Below, in pieces: positions 48,729 to 58,950 of a DNA stretch of 63,434 nt. This DNA comes from a virus (Duplodnaviria; Caudoviricetes): the IMG/VR virus record IMGVR_UViG_3300020424_000350, positions 1-63,434 of that record, one strand, 5' to 3'. A program made the translations under genes and the position numbers. A model generated the notes under the pieces. The model saw only the letters and a list, made by a program, of their open reading frames with translations. It ran no database searches and was not told where the DNA came from. Within the stretch, counting starts at the first letter, position 1, and each line of letters starts with the position of its first letter.

Positions 48729-50258
48729 TTGTCTGAAAACTTTAGAGAAAGACTTCAGGCTCTAAAAGAAATTGATATTTCTAGTTTTTCCACAACGGAA
48801 GCAAAAGAATTTACACTGCTTTTAGAACAACTAGAAAAAAGAGAACATCAAGAAAACTCCACTAAAGATTTTTTAGGTTTTGTAAAAGCAATCTGGAAAG
48901 ATTTTATTTCTGGAGACCACCACGTAAAAATGGCAAAAGCATTTGACGATATCGCTACGGGTAAATTAAAAAGATTAATTATTAATATGCCCCCTAGACA
49001 TACTAAATCTGAATTTGCTTCGCATTTATTTCCAGCTTACTTATTAGGTAAAAATCCTAAACTAAAAATTATTGAGGCAACACACACCGCTGACCTCGCA
49101 GTAAATTTTGGTAGAAAAGTTAGGGACTTAATTGACGGTGAAGATTATGCAGAACTTTTTCCTGAAACAGAACTAAAAGCAGATAGTAGAAGTGCAGGAA
49201 AATGGCTTACTAATAAAGGCGGTGAGTATTATGCCGCAGGTATTGGAGGTGCTTTAGCAGGAAGGGGAGCAGATTTGTTTATTATTGATGACCCACATTC
49301 GGAACAAGACGCTATGTCAGATAAAGCATTAGAGGAAGCATACGAATGGTATATGTCTGGACCACGACAAAGGTTACAGCCTGGAGGTGCAATAGTAATA
49401 GTTATGACTCGTTGGAATAAAAAAGATTTAACGGGTAGATTAATTAAGAAAATGGCACAAGAAAAAGGAGCTGACCAATGGGAAGTTATTGAGTTTCCTG
49501 CGATTTTACCTTCAGGAAAACCATTATGGAAAGAATTTTGGAAATTAGAAGAACTTGAAGGCATAAAAGCTTCAGTAAGTCCTTCTAAATGGGCGGCACA
49601 ATACATGCAAAGACCTACGGGTGAGGGTATTTCTATTATTCCTAAAGATTGGTTTAACGTTTGGGAAGAATTAAAACCACCAAAATGTGATTATTTAATA
49701 CAGAGTTACGATACTGCGTTTTTAAAAAGCGAAAGGTCAGACTTTACAGCTATAACAACGTGGGGAGTTTTTTATCCAGAGGGTAAAATAGGCGAAGAAA
49801 CGTATTCTGGAGAAGAAGCTCACTTGATTTTAGTAGATTGTATAAAAGAAAGGTTTGATTTTCCAGAATTAAAAAACGAAGCGTTACGTTTATACGAATA
49901 TTGGCAACCTGATACAGTAATTATTGAAGCAAAAGCATCAGGTATACCTTTGGTACAAGAACTTAGACGTATAGGTATACCCGTAAATACATTTTCTCCA
50001 GGAAAAGGTCAAGATAAAATAGCAAGATTAAATTCTGTATCACCTATTTTTCAAGACGGCAGAGTTTGGGTACCTGATAATAGGTTTGGTGAAGAACTTA
50101 TGGAAGAAGTTAGTGATTTTCCAGCAGGAGAAAATGATGATTTAGTAGACGCTACAACTTTAGCACTTGCTAGATTTAGAGAAGGTGGCTTTTTGAAGTT
50201 ATCAAGTGATTATTATGACGATGAGGATTACTTTCCTACTTCAAGGGTTTATTATTAA
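48729..50258 (+). CDS. terL: Terminase large subunit
   Basis: INMPPRHTKS (Walker A), IIDDP (Walker B), MTRW, SYDTA, NDDLVD. Confidence 0.95.
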   Translation: MSENFRERLQALKEIDISSFSTTEAKEFTLLLEQLEKREHQENSTKDFLGFVKAIWKDFISGDHHVKMAKAFDDIATGKLKRLIINMPPRHTKSEFASHLFPAYLLGKNPKLKIIEATHTADLAVNFGRKVRDLIDGEDYAELFPETELKADSRSAGKWLTNKGGEYYAAGIGGALAGRGADLFIIDDPHSEQDAMSDKALEEAYEWYMSGPRQRLQPGGAIVIVMTRWNKKDLTGRLIKKMAQEKGADQWEVIEFPAILPSGKPLWKEFWKLEELEGIKASVSPSKWAAQYMQRPTGEGISIIPKDWFNVWEELKPPKCDYLIQSYDTAFLKSERSDFTAITTWGVFYPEGKIGEETYSGEEAHLILVDCIKERFDFPELKNEALRLYEYWQPDTVIIEAKASGIPLVQELRRIGIPVNTFSPGKGQDKIARLNSVSPIFQDGRVWVPDNRFGEELMEEVSDFPAGENDDLVDATTLALARFREGGFLKLSSDYYDDEDYFPTSRVYY

Positions 50259-50284
50259 GTAAATAAAGATTATGATTTCGGACT

Positions 50285-52690
50285 ATGGCTATTGAAAAAT
50301 CCCCTTTAGAGTCATCTATGGAAGATGAAACTCCTATCGAGATAGAATTAGAACAAAGTTTAGGAGAACCTGACGGTAGTAAAACTTTTTTAGTACAAGA
50401 AGACGGTTCTTTTTTAGACGCTGACGAATTTGAAGAACAAAGTACGATTGAGTTCGGTGAAAATATAGCAGAATCACTAGACGAAAGTGAACTAAACGAA
50501 ATAGCTTCAGAATTAACTTCACTTTTTGAAGAAGATTTAGAATCTAGAGACGATTGGTTTCAAACTTTTACAAAAGGATTAGATTTATTAGGTATAAACG
50601 GAGAAGATAGGTCAGAACCTTTCGTTGGAGCGTCTGGAGTTCATCATCCAATACTAGCAGAGGCAGTTACACAGTTCCAAGCACAAGCATATAAAGAATT
50701 ACTCCCCGCAGGAGGACCTGTAGACGTAGAAATTTTAGGAAAAACGGATGATAACAAAGTTTCTAGGGGAAATAGAGTAAAAAACTTTATGAATTACCAA
50801 ATTACGTGTCGAATGGAAGAATACGACCCAGAAATGGACCAATTATTGTTTTATTTACCGCTTTCTGGTTCAGCTTTTAAGAAAATTTACTACGACCCCG
50901 CTTTAGGACGTGCTTCAGCTAGATTTATTAAAGCAGAAGACCTTGTTGTACCTTATTATGCGGTAGATTTACTTACAAGCCCAAGAATTACTCACGTAAT
51001 CAACATGACTGAAAACGAATTACGTAAAATGCAACTTTCTGGCTTTTATAGGGACGTAGATTTAGGAAATCCAGGAGCAGACGTAGGTTCTAACGAAGTA
51101 GATGATAAAATTGATGAAATACAAGGTATTAGTAAAACAATTAGTGAAGAAGAATACACTTTACTAGAAGTTCATGTTGATTTAGACATAGAGGGTTACG
51201 AAGATACGGATAAAAATGGTGAACCGACAGGATTAGCGTTACCTTACATAGTAACTATCTGCAAAGATATGAATAAAGTTTTATCTATAAGGGCTAATTA
51301 CGATAAAGAAGACCCAATGCGTAAAAAGATAGAACACTTTACACATTACAAGTTTCTTCCAGGATTAGGTTTCTATGGTTTCGGACTTATACACATGATG
51401 GGTGGATTAACTAAATCTGTTACTGCAATATTAAGACAACTAATAGACGCAGGAACTTTATCTAATTTACCAGCAGGTTTTAAATCTAGAGGATTAAATA
51501 TTCAAAGAATGGACGACCCATTACAGCCTGGAGAATGGAGAGACGTTGACGCTCCTGGTGGTAGACTGACAGATTCGTTTATGACGCTGCCATATAAAGA
51601 ACCTTCGGGAACTTTAGCTAATTTATTAGGTGCTTTAGTAACTTCTGGAAAACAATTCGCTTCTACTATAGAAAATCCGACTGGAGACGGAAATTCTGAA
51701 GCACCAGTAGGTACAACCGTAGCTCTTTTAGAAAAGGGTCAACGTATTATGTCCGCAATACATAAAAGATTACATTATGCTCAAAAAACTGAATTTAAAA
51801 TTTTAAAAAGAATATTTGGTGAATATTTACCAGATGAGTACCCTTACGAAGTACAAGGTGCTTCTTCTACAGTTTTTAAACAAGATTTTGATGATAGTGT
51901 AGATATTATTCCTGTAAGTGACCCTAATATCTTTAGTACAACACAAAGAATCACATTAGCACAAACACAATTACAATTAGCACAATCAGCACCTGAACTA
52001 CACGACTTACGAGAAGCATATCGTAAAATGTATTTAGCGTTGAACGTGAAAAATATAGAAGCGTTATTACCTGAGGTAGAAGAACTACCACCAAGAGACC
52101 CTATTAGTGAACAACAAGCAGCACTAACAGGTAATCCTATAAAAGCGTTTGATTTTCAAAACCACGAAGCATATATAGCAGCACATAGTGCTTTTTTACA
52201 AAACCCAATGGTTGCTCAAAACCCTACAGCTGTACAAGTTATAGGAGCTAATATACAAGAAAGACAAGCTATGCTTTACAGACAACAAATACAACAAGCG
52301 TTAGGTAGAGAGCTACCACCTGTTGGAGAAGAAATGTCTCCAGAGGTTATGAATGAAATAGCAGTAGCAGCAGCTCAAGCAACACAAGTAGTAACAGGTC
52401 AAGCACAAGCTATGGCAGAAGCACAAGCTAGAGCACAAACAGACCCACAAAGAGAGATGTTTGAAAAACAATTAGACTTCGAAAAACAACAATTAGCTCA
52501 AAAAGAAAATGAGGATATAAGAGATAAAGAAGTAGAATTAGCTAAAGCTCAATTAAGTGCTAATTTAGAATTAGAAAAGCTAGATACTCAAACAGCTATA
52601 GATATTCAAAAGCTAGAAGCACAAACTCAAAAGGATTTAGATAAAGATTTTATAGAAACAGTAAAAGTTTTAAAAGACATGGATAGATAA
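50285..52690 (+). CDS. Portal protein
   Basis: Follows terL; HP.LAEAVTQFQA, GSAFKKIYYD, GFYGFGLIH. Confidence 0.9.
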   Translation: MAIEKSPLESSMEDETPIEIELEQSLGEPDGSKTFLVQEDGSFLDADEFEEQSTIEFGENIAESLDESELNEIASELTSLFEEDLESRDDWFQTFTKGLDLLGINGEDRSEPFVGASGVHHPILAEAVTQFQAQAYKELLPAGGPVDVEILGKTDDNKVSRGNRVKNFMNYQITCRMEEYDPEMDQLLFYLPLSGSAFKKIYYDPALGRASARFIKAEDLVVPYYAVDLLTSPRITHVINMTENELRKMQLSGFYRDVDLGNPGADVGSNEVDDKIDEIQGISKTISEEEYTLLEVHVDLDIEGYEDTDKNGEPTGLALPYIVTICKDMNKVLSIRANYDKEDPMRKKIEHFTHYKFLPGLGFYGFGLIHMMGGLTKSVTAILRQLIDAGTLSNLPAGFKSRGLNIQRMDDPLQPGEWRDVDAPGGRLTDSFMTLPYKEPSGTLANLLGALVTSGKQFASTIENPTGDGNSEAPVGTTVALLEKGQRIMSAIHKRLHYAQKTEFKILKRIFGEYLPDEYPYEVQGASSTVFKQDFDDSVDIIPVSDPNIFSTTQRITLAQTQLQLAQSAPELHDLREAYRKMYLALNVKNIEALLPEVEELPPRDPISEQQAALTGNPIKAFDFQNHEAYIAAHSAFLQNPMVAQNPTAVQVIGANIQERQAMLYRQQIQQALGRELPPVGEEMSPEVMNEIAVAAAQATQVVTGQAQAMAEAQARAQTDPQREMFEKQLDFEKQQLAQKENEDIRDKEVELAKAQLSANLELEKLDTQTAIDIQKLEAQTQKDLDKDFIETVKVLKDMDR

Positions 52691-52769
52691 TGGCATATCA
52701 TAAAAAGAAAAAGAAAAAGAAAAAGAAGACTAGTAAATAATCAAAAGATTAACATATAATACACGGATT

Positions 52770-52907
52770 ATGGAAAATAAGATAAAAGAAGTAAAGCAAT
52801 CAAAGCTGATTACTGATTCCGAAGGGAAAGTTGTAGGTGAGGAAATTCAAATAAAAGGCTCAGGTGCAGCGACAAAAGGAAACAAGTTTTATAGATACAT
52901 TAAGTAA
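52770..52907 (+). CDS. Small protein (45 aa, not in ORF track)
   Basis: C-terminal KGSGAATKG motif; follows TATAAT. Confidence 0.5.
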   Translation: MENKIKEVKQSKLITDSEGKVVGEEIQIKGSGAATKGNKFYRYIK

Positions 52908-52910
52908 TTA

Positions 52911-53108
52911 ATGGATTTTATAATGGGTACGGAGTATTTACTCCGTAAAGTGCGAGAGAGACGCGAAGCTCTTTCGCAGACACTTGCTGTTGGAGGTGTT
53001 GAAGACTTTAATCAATACCAGAAGATAGTAGGGCAAATCGCAGGATTGAATTTCATTGAACAGGAAATTCAAGACCTACATTCTAATATGGAGGATGTTA
53101 ATGACTAA
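52911..53108 (+). CDS. Small conserved head-region protein
   Basis: YQKIVGQIAGL motif; sits between portal and groES. Confidence 0.7.
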   Translation: MDFIMGTEYLLRKVRERREALSQTLAVGGVEDFNQYQKIVGQIAGLNFIEQEIQDLHSNMEDVND

Positions 53109-53532
53109 TACTGTTCCCGACCGAGTAGAAAATTTCGGTAGCGATAAAACTCCTGTTCCTCAGGAGTCAAAAATCACTCACGAAAATTTAGACTCGCATA
53201 AAGAGCGATTACCCAAACCAACGGGTTATCGAATTTTAATATTACCTTTCACTATGTCTAGTATAACTAAGGGTGGAATACACTTAGCTTCACAGACTGT
53301 AGATAAAGAAAGGTTAGCAACCGTTGTTGGATATGTCGTATCTCTTGGACCTGACGCTTATGGTGATTTAGGAAAATTTCCTGATGGAGCTTGGTGTAAG
53401 GAAGGAGATTGGGTTATATTCGGTAGATATGCTGGTGCTCGTTTTCAAATTGATGGTGGCGATATGCGACTGTTAAATGATGACGAAATATTAGCAGTTA
53501 TCGATAATCCAGAAGACATACTATCATCATAA
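53101..53532 (+). CDS. groES: Co-chaperonin GroES
   Basis: PTGYRILI...TKGGI...VVSLGPDAY...GDWVIFGRYAG...LLNDDEILAVI. Confidence 0.9.
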   Translation: MTNTVPDRVENFGSDKTPVPQESKITHENLDSHKERLPKPTGYRILILPFTMSSITKGGIHLASQTVDKERLATVVGYVVSLGPDAYGDLGKFPDGAWCKEGDWVIFGRYAGARFQIDGGDMRLLNDDEILAVIDNPEDILSS

Positions 53533-53548
53533 TCATGGAGGAGGTACC

Positions 53549-54433
53549 ATGCAACAAGAAGAAGAAACAATAGAACTAGAACTTCCTGAAGGGGAAGTTG
53601 ATATAAGGGAGGCTGATGTAGACGATACTATCGTTGATGAGCCTGAACAAGAACCAGAAGTAGTAGAAACTAAAGATGAATTAGATTCTATAAGTGAATC
53701 AGTACAAAAACGTATTGATAAACTAACTTATAAAATGCGTGAGGCAGAACGTCAAAGAGACGAGGCTGTAAAATACGCTGAAACTTTAAATAGTGCTAAT
53801 TCTGATTTAAAAAGTAAATTAAAAAGTTCTGACTCATCCCTTTTCAAAGAGTATGAAAATAGGATACAATCTGACCTCGAAAGAGCCAAAATTGAGCTCA
53901 GAGAAGCAAATGAAGCACAAAATGCAGAAGCGATTACAATCGCTACAGAAAATTTATCTAGAGCAGCCGCTGAAGCTGAAAACTTTAGAAGGTTATCTGC
54001 ACAACAACAGCTTAGAGAAGAAAATGAAGAAAAAGTTGAAACTGAGTACACTGCTCCACAGCAGTATTCTCAACCTCAACCACAACCTGACCCTAAAGCT
54101 GAAGAATGGGCTTCTAAAAACAAATGGTTCGGAGAAGACCAAACCATGACGTTTACTGCTTTTGGATTACATAAAGAATTAGTGGATTCAGGTGTTGACC
54201 CACAATCTGATGAATATTATGAAAAAATAGATTCAGGTATGAGAGATATCTATCCAAACAAGTTTTCAGAAGAGCAACCTAAACCCGTGCAACAAGTTGC
54301 CGCCTCTAGCAGAGGTGCTAGTGGCAGAAAAGCGTCACGCAAGGTCAAGCTGACACCGAGTCAAGTAGCAATAGCTAAAAGACTTAATGTCCCGCTTGAA
54401 GAATATGCTAAACACATAGAAAAAGGAGTATAA
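53549..54433 (+). CDS. Capsid scaffolding protein
   Basis: Acidic coiled coil; VQKRIDKLT; C-terminal KLTPSQVAIAKRLNVPLEEYAK. Confidence 0.75.
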   Translation: MQQEEETIELELPEGEVDIREADVDDTIVDEPEQEPEVVETKDELDSISESVQKRIDKLTYKMREAERQRDEAVKYAETLNSANSDLKSKLKSSDSSLFKEYENRIQSDLERAKIELREANEAQNAEAITIATENLSRAAAEAENFRRLSAQQQLREENEEKVETEYTAPQQYSQPQPQPDPKAEEWASKNKWFGEDQTMTFTAFGLHKELVDSGVDPQSDEYYEKIDSGMRDIYPNKFSEEQPKPVQQVAASSRGASGRKASRKVKLTPSQVAIAKRLNVPLEEYAKHIEKGV

Positions 54434-54434
54434 A

Positions 54435-54935
54435 ATGACAGATGATATTAAAAACCCAGAAGTCAGCCCAGAGCGAAACTCACGTTCTGCAGAGACACGA
54501 GAATCTCAAACTCGCAGAAGACCTTGGCAACCCCCGTCCATGTTGGACGCACCCGAAGCACCTCCTGGATATCAGTTCAGGTGGATTCGTGAATCTACAA
54601 GAGGAAGCGACGATAAATCTAATATGTCTAAACGTATTAGAGAAGGATATGAACCTGTGAGAGCAGAAGATTATCCTAATTTTGAAGCACCTACCGTAGA
54701 GAACGGAGCTAATAAAGGAGTAATAGGAGTTGGAGGTTTAATACTTGCAAAAGTTCCAGTCGAAACTGCAAACGAGCGTAACGCTTACTTTAATAATCAA
54801 GCTAGAGACGCTATGAGCGGTGTAGACCAAAACTTCTTGCGAGAAAGCGACCCTAAAATGCCTTTGAAAGATAGTGATATCCAAAGGTCATCTAAAGTCG
54901 CATTTGGTAGTAGGAAAAATTCCGAAAGTGATTAA
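54435..54935 (+). CDS. Conserved head-region protein
   Basis: WQPPSMLDAP...FRWIR...REGYEPV. Confidence 0.7.
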   Translation: MTDDIKNPEVSPERNSRSAETRESQTRRRPWQPPSMLDAPEAPPGYQFRWIRESTRGSDDKSNMSKRIREGYEPVRAEDYPNFEAPTVENGANKGVIGVGGLILAKVPVETANERNAYFNNQARDAMSGVDQNFLRESDPKMPLKDSDIQRSSKVAFGSRKNSESD

Positions 54936-54966
54936 TTTGTATTTAATATAAAGAGGTAAGAAAAAA

Positions 54967-55506
54967 ATGGCAAATACAGACGCACCTAATGGATTTACTC
55001 CCGCATATCACATCTATGGTGGTACTATCAGACCTGCTGAAATGAGAATTGCTAGTGGAACCAGCACTTCTATTTTTAGCGGTGACGTAGTAACTTTATC
55101 AAGTGGTTATGTAACACAAGCAGGAGCCACTGATACACCTATAGGTGTTTTTTACGGAGTATTCTTTACAGCAACGGATGGAACTCCTACGTTTTCTAAA
55201 GTATGGACAGGAAGCACAGCTACTCAAGGTAGTGCTGACGCCAAAGCTCTTGTATACAATGACCCTGGAATCGTATACGAAGCTCAATTTACAGCGGGAA
55301 CTCCTGCAGTAAGTTTTATTGGTAACAAATACACTTTATCAACTACTGCTGGTAGTACACTAAACGGCAGAAGTAAAGAAGGTGTAACAGCAACTACTTC
55401 AAGTGGTGTAGCTTTATGTGTAGGGTTTAATCTAGCACCAAGCAACTCAATAGGAGCTAATGCTAGAGCTTACTTTACTTTCCCAACTAACACATTCGCA
55501 GTCTAA
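54967..55506 (+). CDS. Capsid decoration/cement-like protein
   Basis: MANTDAPNGF...IFSGDVV...GVFYGV; immediately upstream of the MCP. Confidence 0.65.
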   Translation: MANTDAPNGFTPAYHIYGGTIRPAEMRIASGTSTSIFSGDVVTLSSGYVTQAGATDTPIGVFYGVFFTATDGTPTFSKVWTGSTATQGSADAKALVYNDPGIVYEAQFTAGTPAVSFIGNKYTLSTTAGSTLNGRSKEGVTATTSSGVALCVGFNLAPSNSIGANARAYFTFPTNTFAV

Positions 55507-55519
55507 TTAGGAGGACATC

Positions 55520-56428
55520 ATGGCAATAAATAGAGCCCAACTCGTAAAAGAGTTAGTTCCTGGTCTACATGCTCTCTTTGGATTAGAGTATGACCGTTAT
55601 GAAAACCAACACGAAGCTATCTTCGACACAGAAAACTCTGATAGAGCTTTTGAAGAAGAAGTTATGCTTTCTGGTTTTGGTCAAGCAACCGTAAAAGGTG
55701 AAGGTGCAGCTGTTAGTTATGATACTGCTCAGGAAGCGTGGACCAGTCGTTACACACATGAAACAGTAGCATTAGCTTTTGCATTGACAGAAGAAGCTAT
55801 CGAAGATAATCTCTACGATACTCTTTCTTCTAGATACACAAGAGCTTTAGCTAGGTCAATGTCAACAACTAAACAAGTAAAAGCAGCTAACGTATTAAAC
55901 AATGCGTTTAGTTCTTCTTTTGTTGGTGGTGACGGAAAAGAACTGTGTGCAACAGACCATCCAACAGTTGGTGCAGGTGATTTGAGAAATGAACTTGCAA
56001 CAGCAGCAGACCTTAACGAAACTTCTTTAGAACAAGCATTGATTGACATTGCTGATTTTAAAGATGAAAGAGGATTAAAGGTTAATGCACAAGCAGTAAG
56101 ACTAATAATTCCACCTGCTCTACAATTCGTAGCAGACAGACTAATGGAATCTCAAGGTCGTGTCGGAACTTCAGATAATGACATCAACGCTATTAGAAAT
56201 CTAGGAATGATTTCTGGTGGTTACACTGTCAACAATTATCTAACTGACACAGACGCTTTCTTCATTAAAACTGATGTTCCTAACGGATTAAAACATTTCG
56301 TTAGAACTCCAGTTTCAACCAGCATGGAAGGAGACTTCGAAACTGGTAATGTAAGATACAAAGCTAGAGAACGTTACAGTTTTGGTTTCAGTGACTGGAG
56401 AGGAATCTTCGGTTCACCTGGAGCTTAA
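55520..56428 (+). CDS. Major capsid protein
   Basis: MAINRAQLVKELVPGLHALFGLEY...RYKARERYSFGFSDWRGIFGSPGA; followed by a terminator. Confidence 0.92.
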   Translation: MAINRAQLVKELVPGLHALFGLEYDRYENQHEAIFDTENSDRAFEEEVMLSGFGQATVKGEGAAVSYDTAQEAWTSRYTHETVALAFALTEEAIEDNLYDTLSSRYTRALARSMSTTKQVKAANVLNNAFSSSFVGGDGKELCATDHPTVGAGDLRNELATAADLNETSLEQALIDIADFKDERGLKVNAQAVRLIIPPALQFVADRLMESQGRVGTSDNDINAIRNLGMISGGYTVNNYLTDTDAFFIKTDVPNGLKHFVRTPVSTSMEGDFETGNVRYKARERYSFGFSDWRGIFGSPGA

Positions 56429-56443
56429 TCTTAAACGATTAGT

Positions 56444-56475
56444 AGGAAGGGGAACTTCGGTTCCCCTTTCTTTTT
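56444..56475 (+). terminator. Rho-independent terminator
   Basis: GGAAGGGGAAC-TTCG-GTTCCCCTTTC plus T tract. Confidence 0.85.
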
Positions 56476-56581
56476 GGTAAAAAACAAGATAGACTTTACC
56501 AAACTAGGTAATAACTTATTCTATAGACTGACCTAGCAGACAAGCCAAGACTATAGAGTATTTTTCTTTTAGGAGGAAAAA

Positions 56582-57088
56582 ATGGCAAAATCAACATTTT
56601 CAGGTCCAGTAAGGTCACTTGCTGGTTTTATTTCCGCAGGAAATGCAAACGCAGTTAGCTTAACAGCTGACACAACTTTAACAGTAGACGCTCACGCAGG
56701 TAAAATCTTGTTGTGTAACGACGCTGACGGTAAATTCACTTTACCTAGTATCGTAGCAACAGCTCCTGGACGTGATGACGACCCAAACCAAACTAATAAC
56801 TTAGGTGCTACTTTTACTTTCGTAGTAGAAACAGCAGCTACTGATTTAGATATATTGACCGACGGAACAGATAAATTCGTTGGAGGGTTATACACAGGTG
56901 TAAATAATGCAACTGGAAAAACTTTTATATCTGGAGCAACTAATGATGTTATTACTTTAAACGGTACTACTAAAGGTGGTCTTGCAGGAAGTATAATAAC
57001 AGTAACAGCTATAGCTTCTGCTAAATATGCCGTAGAAGGTATTATTTTAGGTTCAGGAACTTTAGTAACTCCATTTGCTGACGCGTAA
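56582..57088 (+). CDS. Virion structural protein
   Basis: MAKSTFSGPVRS start; AGGAGG RBS. Confidence 0.7.
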   Translation: MAKSTFSGPVRSLAGFISAGNANAVSLTADTTLTVDAHAGKILLCNDADGKFTLPSIVATAPGRDDDPNQTNNLGATFTFVVETAATDLDILTDGTDKFVGGLYTGVNNATGKTFISGATNDVITLNGTTKGGLAGSIITVTAIASAKYAVEGIILGSGTLVTPFADA

Positions 57089-57105
57089 TAATTTAGGAGC
57101 TTAAA

Positions 57106-57432
57106 ATGCATTCATCAGATGTAAAAGTAACAGTCCCTTTAACGAGTTCAGGACAACTTCAAGGATATATAGGTAGTGGTGCAGGTAGTGCTACAAACTT
57201 AGGTCCTATAAGAATTAAGTCCATTCAAGCTCAGACAAGTGCGGCTGACGCTAGTATAAAAATATATGATGGCACTAGTGCTTCTGGAACTAAATTATTA
57301 ATAGAGTTTAAATTTGGTAGTGCGGCAAATGAATCATTTGACCAAAGATTACCAAGCGACGGAGTTAGATTTAGTACTGGAGCTTATGTCGTATTAGCAA
57401 ACTGCGACTTTTTTGTAGCATACGTTTCTTAA
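57106..57432 (+). CDS. Virion structural protein
   Basis: Beta-rich; LPSDGVRF. Confidence 0.6.
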   Translation: MHSSDVKVTVPLTSSGQLQGYIGSGAGSATNLGPIRIKSIQAQTSAADASIKIYDGTSASGTKLLIEFKFGSAANESFDQRLPSDGVRFSTGAYVVLANCDFFVAYVS

Positions 57433-57433
57433 T

Positions 57434-58108
57434 ATGGCAACTTCTGGAACTAGAGCATTTAGTTTAGATGTAGCAACCGCTATCGAAGAGGCTTACGAAC
57501 TTGCAGGTATGGAAGTTCGTACCTCTTACGACGCGGTTACTGCACGACGTTCAATGAATATAATGTTTGCCGATTGGTCAAACAGAGGTATTCAAATGTG
57601 GGAAGTATCTAAAGTTACCCAAGACTTAACACAAGGCACTAATGAATACACAATAAACTCATACGATATAGATATATTAGACGCTTACATTAGTAGAACT
57701 GATTATGGCGGAGTAACTACTGACCATAATATGGAGCGTATAGATAGAAACGAATATATTAGAATACCACAAAAATCAACTCAAGCTAGACCAACACAGT
57801 TTTGGTTAGAAAGAGTTAAAACACCAGTAATTCACGTTTATCCAACACCAGAGAATTCAACCGACAAACTCATTTACTATGTTTGGAGAAGAATAGAAGA
57901 TTCTACTGCTTCTGTAAATGATGTAGATATACCAAGTAGATTTATGCCTTGTTTAGCTTCTGGCTTAGCATATTACTTATGCTTAAAAAAGAATATACAA
58001 AAGGCACCTTTAATAAAACAACAATACGAACAAGATTTACAGAATGCCTTAAAATATGATGAAGATAGGTCTTCTGTTAGGATAGTACCGAAACAACAAT
58101 ATATCTAA
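57434..58108 (+). CDS. Head-tail adaptor-like protein
   Basis: MATSGT...IEEAYE...TARRS.N...WSNRG; LASGLAYY. Confidence 0.7.
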   Translation: MATSGTRAFSLDVATAIEEAYELAGMEVRTSYDAVTARRSMNIMFADWSNRGIQMWEVSKVTQDLTQGTNEYTINSYDIDILDAYISRTDYGGVTTDHNMERIDRNEYIRIPQKSTQARPTQFWLERVKTPVIHVYPTPENSTDKLIYYVWRRIEDSTASVNDVDIPSRFMPCLASGLAYYLCLKKNIQKAPLIKQQYEQDLQNALKYDEDRSSVRIVPKQQYI

Positions 58109-58932
58109 TGGCTTACGCTTCTGGTAAATATGCAAAATTCATATGTGATACTTGCGGTTTTGCATACCCATATACAACAGCAAAAGTAACTTGGAAAGGT
58201 AACAGAGTTTGTGAGGAGTGTTACGAGCCTAAACACCCACAAAATGACCCTCCATTCTTAACAGTAGACGCAGAGGCTTTGTTCCAACCAAGAACAGAAG
58301 TACCTTTACCTCAAGCACAATTAGGTAAAGTTTTTACTGATAATCCAGGAAACGTCAACCCTGATGAAGACTTAATAGGAACTAAATTTTCTCTATACGC
58401 TGTAACAAGCTCTGTAGGCGATGTAACTATCTCCACTACAGATGGAAGTATAACAATAAGTGCTAACTCCCTTTCACTATCCTCAGCTTTAGGAAGTATT
58501 ACAATAAGCGGAGACGTAACTTCTACTTATCAAGTAACTGGTCAAGCAGCTACGTCTTATTTAGGCACACCAACTATTAACACTAATTATACAGAATATT
58601 CTGTGACTGTAGCTGCTGGAACTAATTCATACGGTTACGGTAATAAATTCTATATAGACGGAGTAGTAAGTCCAACATTATCTTTAACTGAAGGTAATAC
58701 ATATAGATTTGACCAATCCAATAGTAGTAATGCTACACACCCTTTAAGATTCTCAACAACGGCAAACGGAACTCATGGTGGAGGAAGTGAATACACAACG
58801 GGAGTAACTACAAACGGCACTCCTGGAAGTTCTGGAGCGTACACACAAATAGTGGTTGCGGTAGGAGCTCCAACCCTTTATTATTACTGTACGAACCATT
58901 CTGGTATGGGAGGACAAGCGAATACTCCATAA
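58108..58932 (+). CDS. Virion protein: N-terminal Zn ribbon plus C-terminal cupredoxin-like domain
   Basis: CDTCGF...VCEECYEPKHPQ; THPLRFS...LYYYCTNHSGMG. Confidence 0.65.
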   Translation: MAYASGKYAKFICDTCGFAYPYTTAKVTWKGNRVCEECYEPKHPQNDPPFLTVDAEALFQPRTEVPLPQAQLGKVFTDNPGNVNPDEDLIGTKFSLYAVTSSVGDVTISTTDGSITISANSLSLSSALGSITISGDVTSTYQVTGQAATSYLGTPTINTNYTEYSVTVAAGTNSYGYGNKFYIDGVVSPTLSLTEGNTYRFDQSNSSNATHPLRFSTTANGTHGGGSEYTTGVTTNGTPGSSGAYTQIVVAVGAPTLYYYCTNHSGMGGQANTP

Positions 58933-58950
58933 TCAGAGTATAATTTAATT

